A DNA stretch of 63,940 nt, counting the filler, from Octopus bimaculoides (lineage: Eukaryota): the NCBI RefSeq assembly GCF_001194135.2. It is 5 parts of 5 records of this genome, joined end to end, with 100 filler letters (N's around TTAATTAATTAA, not from the genome) between each part and the next. Parts side by side here need not be neighbours in the genome. Positions count along the whole stretch, not along the records: positions 1 to 31,340 come from NC_068981.1; 4 more parts are not named here. One strand, 5' to 3'. The position numbers and the translations under genes were made by a program. Shown piece by piece: positions 11,931 through 26,029 of the stretch. Below the pieces are notes generated by a model. The model was not told the DNA's origin. It ran no database searches and saw only the letters and a program-made list of their open reading frames with translations. The stretch's first letter is position 1. Each line of letters begins with the position of its first letter.

Positions 11931-12914
11931 TATTTCATTTAAACCTAGAAAAATTCACAAACTGTTTTCGAGACTTTCACGTGATCGTTCGTTATACAGT
12001 CGTGTTAATTCAGAATAATGAAGTTATATAAATTGTGCGTATATATATTTATATATAATTCTGGTTCAATGAATAAGCGTTTAAGTCTGATTAGGTAACT
12101 AATTTAAAAGGAAAATAACGGTGTAAAATTCACTGCCAGTGGGTTTCACAGTAGAGAAATAATTATAAACAATCGTCAAACTTTGTGTAAAAGTGAATAA
12201 CAAAATAATCAGAGTTAAATAGACAATGCCACGAAATAGAGATTGTAAATAATTATAAGGAATATAATAGAAGTATGCAAAACAGATGAAGGAGATAAAT
12301 TTGAAATTAAAATTAAATTGGGAATTCAAAAGTTGTAGTTGAAATTAAAATACGTAAACAAATAATAAAACATTAACATAAAAAGAAATATTGGAAGGAA
12401 AGAAAGGAAAAGAAGATACAGAGAAAGAAAGTAAAAAGAAAAGAGAAGGTGAAATAGAGAGAGAAGACAAAGAGAAAACAAAAAGGAATAACGGAGAAAT
12501 TATTATAAAAGTAATAATGTAAAGGGAGAGGTCAAGAGACCACTTAACGCTACATATACATTAAATCTGATGTAGTGATATATCTAAAGAAGCTTTCGGT
12601 GGAGTGGTGGTAGTGGGGTTGATAGCTTGATGATAAAGTGAGACGAAACTAAGGGCCAGAAAGTGATAGAGTATAAAAGTAAAGAAAGACGAATAAAATA
12701 AAACCCGATCACACGGGCACAGTAAATGGTATGAACAGAAATATCTATAATACATTAAAAGTCAGTTAGAATCTTGCTTCCAATGTTACTCAGCCAAACT
12801 GGAGTAGAATGAGAAAATACAAACGGAATGAAAATAAACAGATCGTCATACAGACCGATAGATACATAGGTTATATGAACAGACAAGCACACATACGCAA
12901 ATGCTTTGAAAGAA

Positions 12915-13863
12915 GTACGACGTAGTTAGGCACTGGCATCGCGAGTTCAAATGTGGTTGGACATCGGTAGAGATTGCTCCTATTCCTGGACGAAAACATT
13001 CCGCTATTGCTGACGACACAGTTCATAAATTGGAAGCCGCGATTTTAGAGGATTGCCGCATAGCTATTCGGCAAGAAGCCCAAGAAGTAAATATAAATGT
13101 AGGGTCCGTTGTAAAAATCATTCTCGACCATTTGCACATGCGGAATTTGTCTGCACTATCCAAATTTCCCGGATGCTCTCACATCTTCAGAAGCAGGAAC
13201 GAGGTGGGCAGATTTATCACACAGGATGAAACATGTGGCCATCACTATGCTCCTGAGACTAAAGTCCAGTCAAAGAAGGTTCGTGTCCAACCCTCAGCAG
13301 GCACCGCCAAAGAAGGTTCATGTCCAACCCTCAGCGGGCAAAGTGATGTTCACAGTCTTTTGGGACCAGCGCGGAGTAATGATGGATTTTCTGGCCAAGG
13401 GCACCACACTTAATGGGGGATATTATGCTTCTCTGCTGCAGAAATTGCAGCAACCCTTAAAAGCGAAGAGGCATGGCATGCTGACCAAAGGAGACCGTCT
13501 CCTCCAAGACAACGCGCCACTTCACAATGCGCATGTTGCCCAGATGAAAGAACACGCCTGCGGCTATGAAATCCTTCCTCATCTCCCTTACTTGCCCGAT
13601 CTCGCACCATCTGACTTCCACCTCTTTCATGAAGTCTTTTTTGAAGGGGAAGCACTTTTCGAATGATGATGAACTTATTTCCGCGGTAATGTGTTGGCTG
13701 CAGACGCAACCTACCGACTACTACAGACAAGGCCTTCACAGTTGCATAAAGCGATGGGAGAAGTGTGTCACCATTAGTAGAGAAGGACTAATAATTATAC
13801 CATGTTTCGTTTATCCCAGTCTTTGTGAAGTGGGTCAGGGGAAATTTTAAATGAGCACCTTTA
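12915..13863 (+). mobile_element. 5'-truncated mariner (DD34D) transposon, pseudogenised transposase
   Basis: WHREFKCGWTSVE (HTH), TQDETCGHHYAPETK, KVMFTVFWD and LQDNAP...PYLPDLAPSDFHLF with 34 residues between the last two Asp. There are frameshifts and a ~37-bp internal duplication. TIR-like end aaattttaaatgagcacctt followed by TA. Confidence 0.9.
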
Positions 13864-14734
13864 ACCATATTCTTCAGAATATAGGGCCGGTGATTTGTCC
13901 TTTGTTGATATAGAATAGTGCATGTGTGTGTGCGCGCGTGTGTCTGTGTGTGTATATGCGCATGTTTTGTTTGTGTGTGTATGTATGCGTGTGTATATAT
14001 ATATGTTTGTGTGGGTGTGCTTGTGTATGTAATCCTGGTACTTGGTTAAGAAGCTTCCAACTATGTGGTTTTAGGTTTACATGCACAGCACGCACATTGA
14101 GCAACTATCTTCTGCTATAGGTCCAGGCCGAACAACGTGTTGTGACTGAATTTGGGTGTGGCAATCTATGTGGCAATCTGTCACATATATANNNNNNNNN
14201 NNNNNNNNNNNNNNNNNNNNNNNNNNNNNNNNNNNNNNNNNNNNNNNNNNNNNNNNNNNNNNNNNNNNNNNNNNNNNNNNNNNNNNNNNNNNNNNNNNNN
14301 NNNNNNNNNNNNNNNNNNNNNNNNNNNNNNNNNNNNNNNNNNNNNNNNNNNNNNNNNNNNNNNNNNNNNNNNNNNNNNNNNNNNNNNNNNNNNNNNNNNN
14401 NNNNNNNNNNNNNNNNNNNNNNNNNNNNNNNNNNNNNNNNNNNNNNNNNNNNNNNNNNNNNNNNNNNNNNNNNNNNNNNNNNNNNNNNNNNNNNNNNNNN
14501 NNNNNNNNNNNNNNNNNNNNNNNNNNNNNNNNNNNNNNNNNNNNNNNNNNNNNNNNNNNNNNNNNNNNNNNNNNNNNNNNNNNNNNNNNNNNNNNNNNNN
14601 NNNNNNNNNNNNNNNNNNNNNNNNNNNNNNNNNNNNNNNNNNNNNNNNNNNNNNNNNNNNNNNNNNNNNNNNNNNNNNNNNNNNNNNNNNNNNNNNNNNN
14701 NNNNNNNNNNNNNNNNNNNNNNNNNNNNNNNNNA

Positions 14735-14835
14735 TCTGCTCACAAAACTTTGGTCGGCCCGTAGCTATAGTTGAAGACACTTGCCCAAGGTGCCACGCAG
14801 CGGACTCAAGCTTCTTACCATACAGCCACGCCTGC
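14735..14835 (-). mobile_element. SINE family B fragment
   Basis: ctttggtcggccc..gaagacacttgcccaaggtgccacgcag is the reverse complement of the family B CORE-like block. Confidence 0.75.
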
Positions 14836-14871
14836 ACCTGTATACACACACGCACACACACACACGCACAC

Positions 14872-14920
<49 letters not shown>

Positions 14921-15002
14921 GTGAGTATGTATGTATTTGTGTATGCCAGTGTTTCTGTCATTTTGTATGTGTGAATATTTTGGAGTGACCAGTCACAATT
15001 GA

Positions 15003-15033
<31 letters not shown>

Positions 15034-15898
15034 TTGTACGTGTGTGTTTGCACGTGTATGTATGTGTGTGTGCGTGTGTGCGCGTGTGTGTGTGCATGTG
15101 TGTGCGCGCGCGTTTTCATGTCTGATTGTGGGTGTATGAGTGTAACCATGGAAGTTTTTGAATATTTATTGTATGGATTATATACTTATTTACTGAAGTA
15201 TTTATTTATTCATTCATTCATTTTGTATTCGGCCGTTTGAATGTATATATAGTACGTGCTGACTGTATGGATGCATGTCTGTATTTTTTTCGTGCGACAA
15301 GGCGTGAATATTATAAAAGGTGTTGAAAGCAAAAAGAAAGGAAAATGTTCAATATGAATGCTTAGCTGTATAGAATGCCGTCGACGATGCAAACTAAGCC
15401 GTATATTTTGGCATATGCTGAAGAGCTGCGACATATGTAGAGCGGCGGTCACGTCACGTGTGTTGGTTTAATAAATAGGGCCAGCTGGGTGGTGTGGCGT
15501 TTCTCTGCTTACGAAATCTAGTAAAGCAAACGAAGTGAAGTTAGAAAAAGAAACTAAATCTGGCTGGTTATATGACAAGAGATTTAAACTCAACGAGTGG
15601 GCGGAAGCACAAATAAGTCGGACAACGGCAGCGAAAATGATCAAAATTGTAATACAATATACTATATAAATACTACAATCTCTAATAGTAATAATAATTT
15701 GTGGAGTATGAATGAGTAGCATAAACGGTAAAGCGTCAGGCGAGATCTGCTGTGATATGATGTTGGTTTCATTAAGGTTGATTTCATTATTCTTATGAAA
15801 AATTATGCCAGTCAAGTAGACGAGTGGCTATAATTAAATACATATTACTCTGAAAAATTGTATCCTTGCGGCTAGGTATATCGATGATAATGTTATCA

Positions 15899-15902
<4 letters not shown>

Positions 15903-15940
<38 letters not shown>

Positions 15941-16246
15941 CAGAGAGAGAAAGACGAGAGAGAGAGACAGAGAGAGAGAGAGAGAAAGACGAGAGAGAGA
16001 AACAGAGAGAGAGAGACAGAGAGAGAGAAAGACGAGAGAGAGAGAAAGACGAGAGAGAGAGACAGAGAGAGAGAGAAAGACGAGAGAGAGAGACAGAGAG
16101 AGAGACAGAGAGAGAGAAAGACGAGAGAGAGAGAAAGAAAGACGAGAGAGAGAGGGAGAGAAAGACGAGAGACAGAGAGATAAAGACGAGAGAGAGAGAT
16201 AAAGACGAGAGAGAGAGAGATAAAGACGAGAGAGAGAGGGAGAGAA

Positions 16247-16283
<37 letters not shown>

Positions 16284-16546
16284 GAGAGAGAGAGAAAGAC
16301 GAGAGAGAGAGAGAAAGACGAGAGAGAGAGAGAAAGACGAGAGAGAGAAAGGCGAGAGAGAAAGAGAGAAAGACGAGAGAGAGAGAGAAAGACGAGAGAG
16401 AGAGAAAGACGAGAGAGAGAGAAAGACGAGAGAGAGAGAAAGACGAGAGAGAGAGAAAGACGAGAGAGAGAGAAAGACGAGAGAGAGAGAAAGACGAGAG
16501 AGAGAGAAAGACGAGAGAGAGAGAAAGACGAGAGAGAGAGAGAGAA
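15903..16546. repeat. ~640-bp polypurine (GA)n tract with periodic AAAGAC interruptions
   Basis: Direct reading. It produces the spurious ER/KD ORF 15901-16590. Confidence 0.95.
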
Positions 16547-17592
16547 ACGCTGCTAACTGCCGGAATATATTTAATCTGCTTTCAACGTAAAGTTCCTTTG
16601 GTTACATCAGTCTAGTGAATGGTCATGATTATATATAACCTTTGCATGCAGTTGGTCGTTTAGGCCACCATATCTGTTGGCCGTCATGCTCAAAATGCAC
16701 AAAGAAACACGGACCCACGCCCTTACATAAATTATCATGATTGTTTTTCTAACTTCCACGTGAACATGTTTAAATATGAAAATTTATCCAACCACTAACC
16801 GTAATCTTTTCATAGTTTTTCAATAGCTCACTCCCCAGTTAACTTTTATTCTCAGCAAACAGTATAATATTTCTCTTTCTGCAGATATCTTCAACAAACT
16901 TGTACAGAATAGAGTATATCGTTTTAAAATAAATAACCTTGATTCTACCATCTTTCAATCCATGAAACGTGTAATATCACTATGACTACGAAAATAAGCG
17001 TTTATAACCTATTTTCTTGATCAGAGATCGAGACAACTCACGCCAGATTTCTATTGCTACTGGAGATCAGGAAAATTTATTCCAATACTGAAATAATAAC
17101 CTTATCTCTTTCTAAAATGTGTCTTTAATAGTTTATTATGTATCTGTGTTTCCGTACGTTCATTCAATTTTCCTCCTTTCCAACTTGATAATTTTCCTTT
17201 GAAATAATATATTATTTAATCTTGTGGTAATAATAAACGCCACAGAAGTAGTTGATAGGAACCATTCTACAGAAATAGTAGACAGTTCTAGAACCAAAAG
17301 TTAACTCAGATAAATTAGTGAACTTGCAGCTCGGTACCTGGAAAAGCAAATCTATAATATCAGACAGAGTCGTGGAGCATTGATCCGACAGACTGACTAA
17401 AGGGCTCGGTGTTTCGTTCAGCTTGGAACTTTAAGGGGACAGAAAGTGGGATGACGTTACGCGAACGGTATTGAGTCTCACCCATACAGGGGTTGAAAGA
17501 AACTGTCAACTCTGAAAGGATGAGCTATTGCAACGAACGCATATTTCTCCTCTATCATAATTTAATGCCTTTATTTTATGTCTTATTCCCAG

Positions 17593-17641
17593 TTCACATA
17601 TGACAGCATTGGAAACTTCTGGATTTGTTTTTTATACTTGT
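17593..17641 (+). CDS. Candidate exon C (SHMTALETSGFVFYTC in the phase 2-0 frame)
   Basis: ttattcccag acceptor and TGT|gtaaga donor. Two frames are open. Confidence 0.35.
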
Positions 17642-18880
17642 GTAAGAAAAGCATTATACTTACCAGACAGTCTTCTGAACACACGGAGTGCTCAGCATGA
17701 TATGTTGATGACACGCAAGTATCCAGTGATATTGCGGCTTCAGCAGAGATTCCTAGACAGTCAACAAAGGATCTGTGTTTTCATGTTTAGACTTCTTATT
17801 GATCGTCTTTTTTGACAGAGCTACAATCCTGCATCAAGTCAAACCCCCAACTGGAAACCTGGTGTCTGGAATGTGGCCAAGTGCTCATATACCTCAACCA
17901 ATAAGGCAATATGGTCGATGGAACAACCAAGTTAGCATTTTATAGAGGTCTAGTGGTGGTGTGAAGTAAAGACTTTATTGGGAAAGCTCTTGACCTTTGG
18001 TCTGTTTCGGAGGTTTGGGCCCGGTCCATAGTTAACTTCCGGAAATTCTTCGTCTCTCAATACTCTGAATAATAGCGGGGTGCATTACCGGTTCCAGATA
18101 AATTAATTCTACACGCACGTTAAAGACATCCTCTGGGTTTATCCGAGATGCGTTCTGTAGGATAAATTTGCATTATATGTACTCCTTGTGTATACGGGTA
18201 GTACTAACTTGTGGAATTGTATCAAATAACTGCAAACACCTTTAGAATAGCTCCGACTATCACCTACATTCCTTGTGAATTTCACTGCTCCTACTTCTTT
18301 TACCCGAAATGAACAAGCAGTTTTCTTCTGGTGGCTATGACGAAAGAAGATGAGTGCTAGATTAGACTGAAAGAAATAAAGACAGATATTTTACCATTGT
18401 TTCAAGTTTCATTTGGAAATGATGAGAGAATAAACGGAGTTGCTCTCCTCAAATAAAATAAAATATCGGATTAAAGTGTTCTACTCTAAACATGATCCGA
18501 TAGATCGGAGAATGACAGTACCACCCTCATCACTTTATGTATACTATGTAAACAATTTAACTAGGTGGATTGTACCACTTATTCGATTTTTATATAACCC
18601 AACGCATTTTGTATAAACTGACTTAGTAAAGTCGCCTTCACTCGACTCCCCTGTGGCGAATAAAAGAAGCCATTATCGTTATGATCGATGTTGCTATTTT
18701 CGCTTTTGTTTCTATTGCAACTGTTGTTGTTGTTGTTGTTGAAGAAGGAGGTGGTGATGGTGGTGATGGTGATGGTTGTGGTAGTGGTGGAAATGGTGGC
18801 AGTGGCATGTAATTGTCATTAATAAAGAAATATACACTGCTTACTTTAATTACTCCAATTTAATTTCATGTTTGCAACAG

Positions 18881-18911
18881 GTGGTTATCATTTCACTTCT
18901 CCAGCAATTAA
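18881..18911 (+). CDS. Candidate micro-exon D (VVIISLLQQL)
   Basis: tttgcaacag acceptor and AA|gtaaat donor. Phase 0-1 links exon C to exon E. Confidence 0.3.
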
Positions 18912-21143
18912 GTAAATAAGTAAAAACAAACAAACAAGTAGCACCGACACACAGACACCTCCACACTCACACACAGAAATACGCAAATGATTATCAAAAT
19001 AACAATACTAACGACGAATGATATATCAAAATAATGAATATATGAATGGAATAAAAAATTCATATAGAAATGTACTACGCATTTAATAAAATGTAACGAT
19101 TTGAATTTATATACAAAATATTAACAGACAACAAGGAAGTTAATATTTTACTTAAAACATCTGACCGATAAAGTTCACTTCTCTATGCGCTAATGTTTTT
19201 GTATTTTTTGGGGGTTGTTTTTTTTTTTACTATATTGGTATTTACTTCCAGATCAAAAGCATTTAGTAATGAGAGAAATCCAGTTAAACATTTCACAAAA
19301 CATCTTGTTTTCATTAATGAAGTGTCACCAACAGATGGTACAAAGAGAGAAATAATAGCCAGAACATGACCGTTTCAAATGTATAATCAGACACGTTTGA
19401 AAAACTGTATATACAATAACGAAATAATGATGTGGACATGTATATGCGTATGTATTTGAATAAATTTGTGTATGTGATTATGCTTACACAAATACAGGAA
19501 AAAGCACACATATATCTGCGTAATTGGATTTCGTTTTCTATGTATGCATATACACATCTACATACCGGAAACTTCGAAGTAAACTTTATTCTTTGAAGTC
19601 ATAACATTACGGCCATGCTGGTGCACCGCCTTCAAGAAACTCAGTCGATCAAATTGCCCCCAGTACTTGTATTTTTTTAAGCCTGGTACTCATTCTATCG
19701 GGCTCCCTTTGTCGAAGCGCTAGATACAGGGANNNNNNNNNNNNNNNNNNNNNNNNNNNNNNNNNNNNNNNNNNNNNNNNNNNNNNNNNNNNNNNNNNNN
19801 NNNNNNNNNNNNNNNNNNNNNNNNNNNNNNNNNNNNNNNNNNNNNNNNNNNNNNNNNNNNNNNNNNNNNNNNNNNNNNNNNNNNNNNNNNNNNNNNNNNN
19901 NNNNNNNNNNNNNNNNNNNNNNNNNNNNNNNNNNNNNNNNNNNNNNNNNNNNNNNNNNNNNNNNNNNNNNNNNNNNNNNNNNNNNNNNNNNNNNNNNNNN
20001 NNNNNNNNNNNNNNNNNNNNNNNNNNNNNNNNNNNNNNNNNNNNNNNNNNNNNNNNNNNNNNNNNNNNNNNNNNNNNNNNNNNNNNNNNNNNNNNNNNNN
20101 NNNNNNNNNNNNNNNNNNNNNNNNNNNNNNNNNNNNNNNNNNNNNNNNNNNNNNNNNNNNNNNNNNNNNNNNNNNNNNNNNNNNNNNNNNNNNNNNNNNN
20201 NNNNNNNNNNNNNNNNNNNNNNNNNNNNNNNNNNNNNNNNNNNNNNNNNNNATATATATATATATATACACGCAAACATACATACACATATGCTTTGTTT
20301 GCGACTCTTACATCTTGGAGACTTGTTATTCCGAGTTGTCCTTCATTCTCGAAAGGCTGAGCATGTTTTGTGTTTCATGGTTTATCCTGACTGCATCTAT
20401 TGATATTTCTTGATTGACCTCATGGATATAATCTTATAATAACAAAGACATTGTCTATCAAACATATATACAGAGTATGACAATATTACATATTAATACA
20501 CACATGCCGAAAAAACGTTTTGAGCTGTCAACATTATTCGATAAAGTCAATGAAACCATTTAGTTTTCGTTTTCGTAAGTTTTTTCGTTACAATATAATT
20601 CATAGCACGTATGTAAGCTTTCTATCATATGCCCTAAGACCTGAACTTTGAAGGCGTTTTCTTTACGCGGCACTGGACGATACAAATGACCAACAAATAA
20701 TATACATTGGGTGGATAAACTTTAGTTCAAGAGCAGCTGGTGAAGCATAGTCCCCTGAAAATGGTAACTTGTAAATATTAAATGATATTCATGCGCTATT
20801 TAGGGTAACGCTGCGTTTTTATTTTATGTTCATACGTTTAAATTGTTCCATATATAAAATCGTGGCAGCAACTAATTCTTGAGTCGTTACACCCTCACAG
20901 TTTAAATATCCCTCTATGATGATTCAGAATCTGAGTGTATTCACGTGTGTCTACAAGTAAAAATATTGCTCTTTCCTATCTATCTCTCTCTCTGTATACC
21001 TGTAAGTGTCAACATACACATACACACACATATTTATATTTGTGTGTGTATGCACATGCATGTGTGCGTCAGTATATATAGAAGCATATCTGTCGGTATG
21101 CATATATATGTATATACGTAGATGCATACATATATAAATATGC

Positions 21144-21180
<37 letters not shown>

Positions 21181-21403
21181 CGCGCGTCTATGTGTGTTCA
21201 TATCTGCATGTCTGTCTATACATATGTGTATTAGCGTGTATGAGTGTATATGTGTGCATGTCGTTTGTGTACGTGTGTGCGTGTACGTGCGTACGATCGT
21301 GCCTACGTGCATTCGTGTTTGTGTGTGCGCACGTGCGTGTTTGTGTGCGTACATGTATATGCAGATATATAGTTGTGTGCATCTACATTTTATCTCTTTC
21401 CAG

Positions 21404-21541
21404 ATTATGAACTGAACATCTGCCACTTACTATATATTCCCAGTAACAGCAAACACGCAGTAAAGGGCCATTTCTATATTGAGTGGCAATCACACTCGAT
21501 GGCTATACTTGGGATTGCTAAATATTCTCTTCAAGCTAGCA
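21404..21541 (+). CDS. Candidate exon E (YELNICHLLYIPSNSKHAVKGHFYIEWQSHSMAILGIAKYSLQAS)
   Basis: Strong tttatctctttccag acceptor, consensus-like CA|gtaagt donor, 138 nt, and only the phase 1-1 frame is open. Confidence 0.5.
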
Positions 21542-23084
21542 GTAAGTAGCGATAAGACATTTTTCAGAATCTATATTGGCTACTTCTAAGAAGCGCTACA
21601 AAATGAAGAGTACTGAGTTACAAGGTAGACAGCGAGTAGGAGAGAGAAAGATACAGTAACAGGATAGAGATAGTGAAAGAGTAACAGAAAGGTGTCTGGT
21701 GTGTATTTCGTATATCTATCTATGTTTATGTAAATACGTATTGTGTGTGTTTGTGTGTATGTATGTATGTATGTATATATATGTATGTATGTATATGTAT
21801 ATATATGTATGTATGTATATGGATATATATGTATGTATGTATATGTATGAGATCGNNNNNNNNNNNNNNNNNNNNNNNNNNNNNNNNNNNNNNNNNNNNN
21901 NNNNNNNNNNNNNNNNNNNNNNNNNNNNNNNNNNNNNNNNNNNNNNNNNNNNNNNNNNNNNNNNNNNNNNNNNNNNNNNNNNNNNNNNNNNNNNNNNNNN
22001 NNNNNNNNNNNNNNNNNNNNNNNNNNNNNNNNNNNNNNNNNNNNNNNNNNNNNNNNNNNNNNNNNNNNNNNNNNNNNNNNNNNNNNNNNNNNNNNNNNNN
22101 NNNNNNNNNNNNNNNNNNNNNNNNNNNNNNNNNNNNNNNNNNNNNNNNNNNNNNNNNNNNNNNNNNNNNNNNNNNNNNNNNNNNNNNNNNNNNNNNNNNN
22201 NNNNNNNNNNNNNNNNNNNTATGCGCATACATATATACATTTACATATATATGCACATGAATATATACATATATAAATATACATACATATATATATATAT
22301 ATACGTATACATATGCATATATACGAACATACATATACATACATGCATACATATATATAAATCTCTGACTCAACACTACCTAGACTCAACGCTACCTAAG
22401 CATGTTTTCATCTTTCGTCTTTCATAATCATATGATGAATACCCGAATATGTTTATATGACACTCGCTTCATCTAGTCTTCTGTAACAATATAATATTCT
22501 CCTGATACTTTCGTTTTGATGTATTCTTCTTTCGCACTGAGGAGAACGGTAATATATAATTAATTTTATTATAATTATAATTAAATTAATTTCTAAATTT
22601 TACCATGTTTTTTACAAGTTGAGAAAAAATGTTGAGAACATATGTCCACACACCCATACACTCTACCGGTTAGACATCACGATCAAGCCACAGTGGCTTC
22701 ATGTGATCGGTCTATGAAGCAACCAATCAGCGTCAATCTAATCTTGTAGAATCTTCTCCTTGTACTGCGTTTTTTGGTGTGGGTGCGATAATTGCACAAT
22801 GTTGAGATAGCCACGTGTTGTTCCTCCATTCTTGCCACAAAAAGCCATTTACAACAGATAGCTGATGTTAGTCAGGGATATTCGTCCCCACGTATATAGC
22901 TCAATAGTTTTCCAGTTTTAATGGGCCATCCACAGATCGTTGTATCGGTAACCTTGTCGTTAAACTCCAGTCATTAGTTAGCTTTTCTTAAAGTCCAAAT
23001 ACAGTGAAAACTGTTATGTGCAATAACAAAATCTTATGCAGCCTGAGCATAACATTTTCATTCAGCGGCTCAACCAGTCATCGC

Positions 23085-23400
23085 CTCAGAACAGACGACG
23101 ACAATACTACAACCCGCTGCACCAACAACGAGAATATCAACAAAAACAACAACAACAACAACAATAGAAATGTTATCAGAAACAAGAGAGACAGCTGGAG
23201 CATTGTCAATTTTAGCAGCACGAGCAATGACAACGGCAACAGCAGCAGCAGCAGTGTGACAGAAGCTGCACACCAACAGCGGCATCAGAAATACTAACAA
23301 CAACAGCTCCAAAAAGAACAACAGCAACAAGAATAACCACCATCGCAGGGACACCAAGAGAAATCAAGACAAAAAGACCACCAATAACAGCAACATTAAT
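23085..23400. repeat. Low-complexity (AAC)/(AGC) tract
   Basis: Imperfect trinucleotide repeats that explain the N/Q/S-rich ORFs. Confidence 0.75.
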
Positions 23401-24299
23401 ACGAAGGCTGTCATCGCAGAAATAGTCTCCACAAGGGAATTATACCATCTTTCTCTCTACAAAGTAGGCAGAATTTGAACACAAAACTCTATAATGGAAA
23501 ATTGAAGAGTGGAAAGTGGAACTTGCTTCCTTCCCTTGCTAAAGCTCTAGATACAACCGCTATAAACAGTTTGAATATCACTGCAGAAGTTTAACAGAAC
23601 CTCACCTGTTTAACAGAACCTCAGCTACGAACGCATAGGTGAAAAGAGGAACCTGCGCGATGTTTAGTGGAATATCGACTACATGAATATAATTTGGTCA
23701 CTTGCTCGTTGCACAATTAATTTGGGAAGAAGGATGATAACAGTAAAAATCCCAGGAGATTCTACCAGAACTTGATATCTGGTGGATATTAGCATGCATA
23801 ACGTTTGACTGCAGTAAAATCTTACTGAACATTAAGAGAACGATGCGGCAGAAGTAATTTGGGACTACGCAGAAGATCCTTCATCGTGTAAAGACAAAAC
23901 CTCAGGATAGGTTCGCAGACTTCAGGATAGGTTATCTCCTTATTATCTTCAGTCTTCCCTTCCAACATGGCAGATTAAAGAGTGGTTTGTATCAATATAC
24001 GTAGCCTGGGATCACTCGGAGAATAGGAGGTATCTTCAGTGACCTAAGGACATAAAACATGGATGTAATAGCCATCAGCTCTACCGGTGTTATTGACACA
24101 CGCACTTTGACACCCATTTTCGATGATTTTGAGATCTATGCATTTCTGTTTATAAGTGGAATTTGGGACGGAGTGCTAGAGTTGTTTCAGAAATGCATAG
24201 GTCTCAACATTAGAAACATCTTGCTGGACCCGAGTAGCAAGTTGGTAGTACAGAACATGAACAGCAATGGTGTCGTTTGACTAATAGTCGCGTATATCC

Positions 24300-25100
24300 G
24301 GACCGGGATAAGGTGGCCGGATTTCTTCAGATGGTTAGAAGTTTTGGGGAGAACCACTTACTCTTTAGTGCTTTAGCCGCTACGAAGCATCGCATTCTGC
24401 TACCACCTGATCATCGTGCATTGTTCTGTTTCATGTTTCACTAGCTGGGAACGCTTGCTCTTCCAATTTCTGTGGAGGGGATCGGTTCCATGCTCAGGCA
24501 ATCCCATTTATTATCAAAACCTACTGCGTAGCGGAGTGCACATACCGTGTCTGATGATTCGTGACCTGCACGGAAGCCATGAGCAGATATAGTTGCCGAC
24601 GGTTGCACTCACATCCAATAATTCTTCTGTTTAACAGAACTGACAAATCTGAATCAAGTGTCGACCGAGGCAGGGGGCCTGATACCTAAAGTTTCGTCAT
24701 ACACTCACATTCTAACGCCAGTAGAGTAGTGCAGTCACTGGAAGCTCAAGCCTGTCGTTGTATAGAATATTAGTGACAAGAAAGGAAGAAGACATTGTTG
24801 GGGAAATTCTAAGTGTCGATTAAAATCAACTGGCTGATCTGTTCCGCGGGAATTTCTGATTGGATCCACGGATAATTTCCAGAAATCTCAAACCTGCCAC
24901 TGATACTGCTGAAATGAATTGAGAAGGCCAAGAAGGTCCTGCTGTTTCCAGTAAATATGTTAGAAAGGGAGTGTATGTGGCGAGGATAGTCTGAAGTGAA
25001 CGGAAAATGGTTACGAGTGGATAGTGTTTAGCTGCGTCCTACGCTGTTGGGGGCCCAGGATTTGTGCAGGTTTCCTTGTTAACTTTGGGTAGTAGCACCC
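24300..25100 (-). mobile_element. Possible very decayed Penelope-like RT fragment
   Basis: Weak similarity only: LSNIFTGNSRT and PAEQISQLI resemble the PLE motifs LPKIHK.GNPGRP and PTE.IS.F.D. Confidence 0.3.
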
Positions 25101-25214
25101 CACTATTTGGGAAATTCTGTCGTTACAAATTTTTTTGTTATCGCTGTTTCTTGTTTACACATACATGCCTAAAGTCAATGTATTGATTTACATAATTTCA
25201 ACTCATGTATTATT

Positions 25215-25433
25215 ATCATTATTATTATTATCATCATTATTATTATTATTATAATTCCTTCGTAACACAGTGTAGGTAAAAATGCAGCGGAGTCTTTAGT
25301 CATCTGTCAAGTCACAACAAGGACCTCAGACAGATAATACTTTCCTTAAGATGTGCGCTGTGCCCAATAAGACTGCTGTTTGCAAGACATCAAAAACAGC
25401 AACAACAAGAACAAAAACAACAACAACAACAAC

Positions 25434-25491
<58 letters not shown>

Positions 25492-25625
25492 TCAACGATA
25501 TTATTATTATTATTATTATTATTGTTATTATTATTATTATTGCTGTTGTTTTTGTTGTATGTTTGGCTTTTGCTTAGTATTTTCACAAGTCAACTCCAAG
25601 TCTCGCCCACAGACCTCAATAGACA
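25215..25625 (-). mobile_element. Stacked 3' ends of R4/Dong-like RLE non-LTR retrotransposons inside (TAA)n
   Basis: Minus strand LQTAVLLGTAHILRKVLSV* plus a 3' UTR ending in TAA repeats. A second 3'-tail-like segment lies at 25560-25625. TAA tracts separate and flank them. Confidence 0.75.
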
Positions 25626-26029
25626 AAAGTTATATGTTCAAGTTGGTATTATGACTAGGGTGCCAAGTTTTTGGTTTTTCACAGAGAAATGTTCTAAAGA
25701 GTGCCTGTCAAAGCATAAGAAAATTAAGAGTTTGTTTAAAAAGTAATTTGATTATAAGTTAATAGTGTAATCTTAAGATGACAGTAAAAGGCGTTTGTTA
25801 TTATGTACATTTAAAAGTATCTTTGACAATGTTTTCAGATTAAAACATTTTGGGAATTACATAGACAATATTTTTAGTAAGATGTGATCCGTTCCCATGA
25901 GCATTATATTTTAAAAAAATGTTTCCACTTCGGGATTTCCTGGCATCTGAGATGCTTTTCTTATCATTCCCGAGGCAACTATGACAACGGGTATTGTTTT
26001 AGGCATGATGTTCCACATTGATTCAGTTT

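Noticed and set aside
15901-16590. 229-aa ER/KD-rich ORF
   Set aside because: It is a translation of the (GA)n tract, with no coding signal.
16600-17300. Possible Penelope/GIY-YIG relic
   Set aside because: No diagnostic motif could be read convincingly in any frame.
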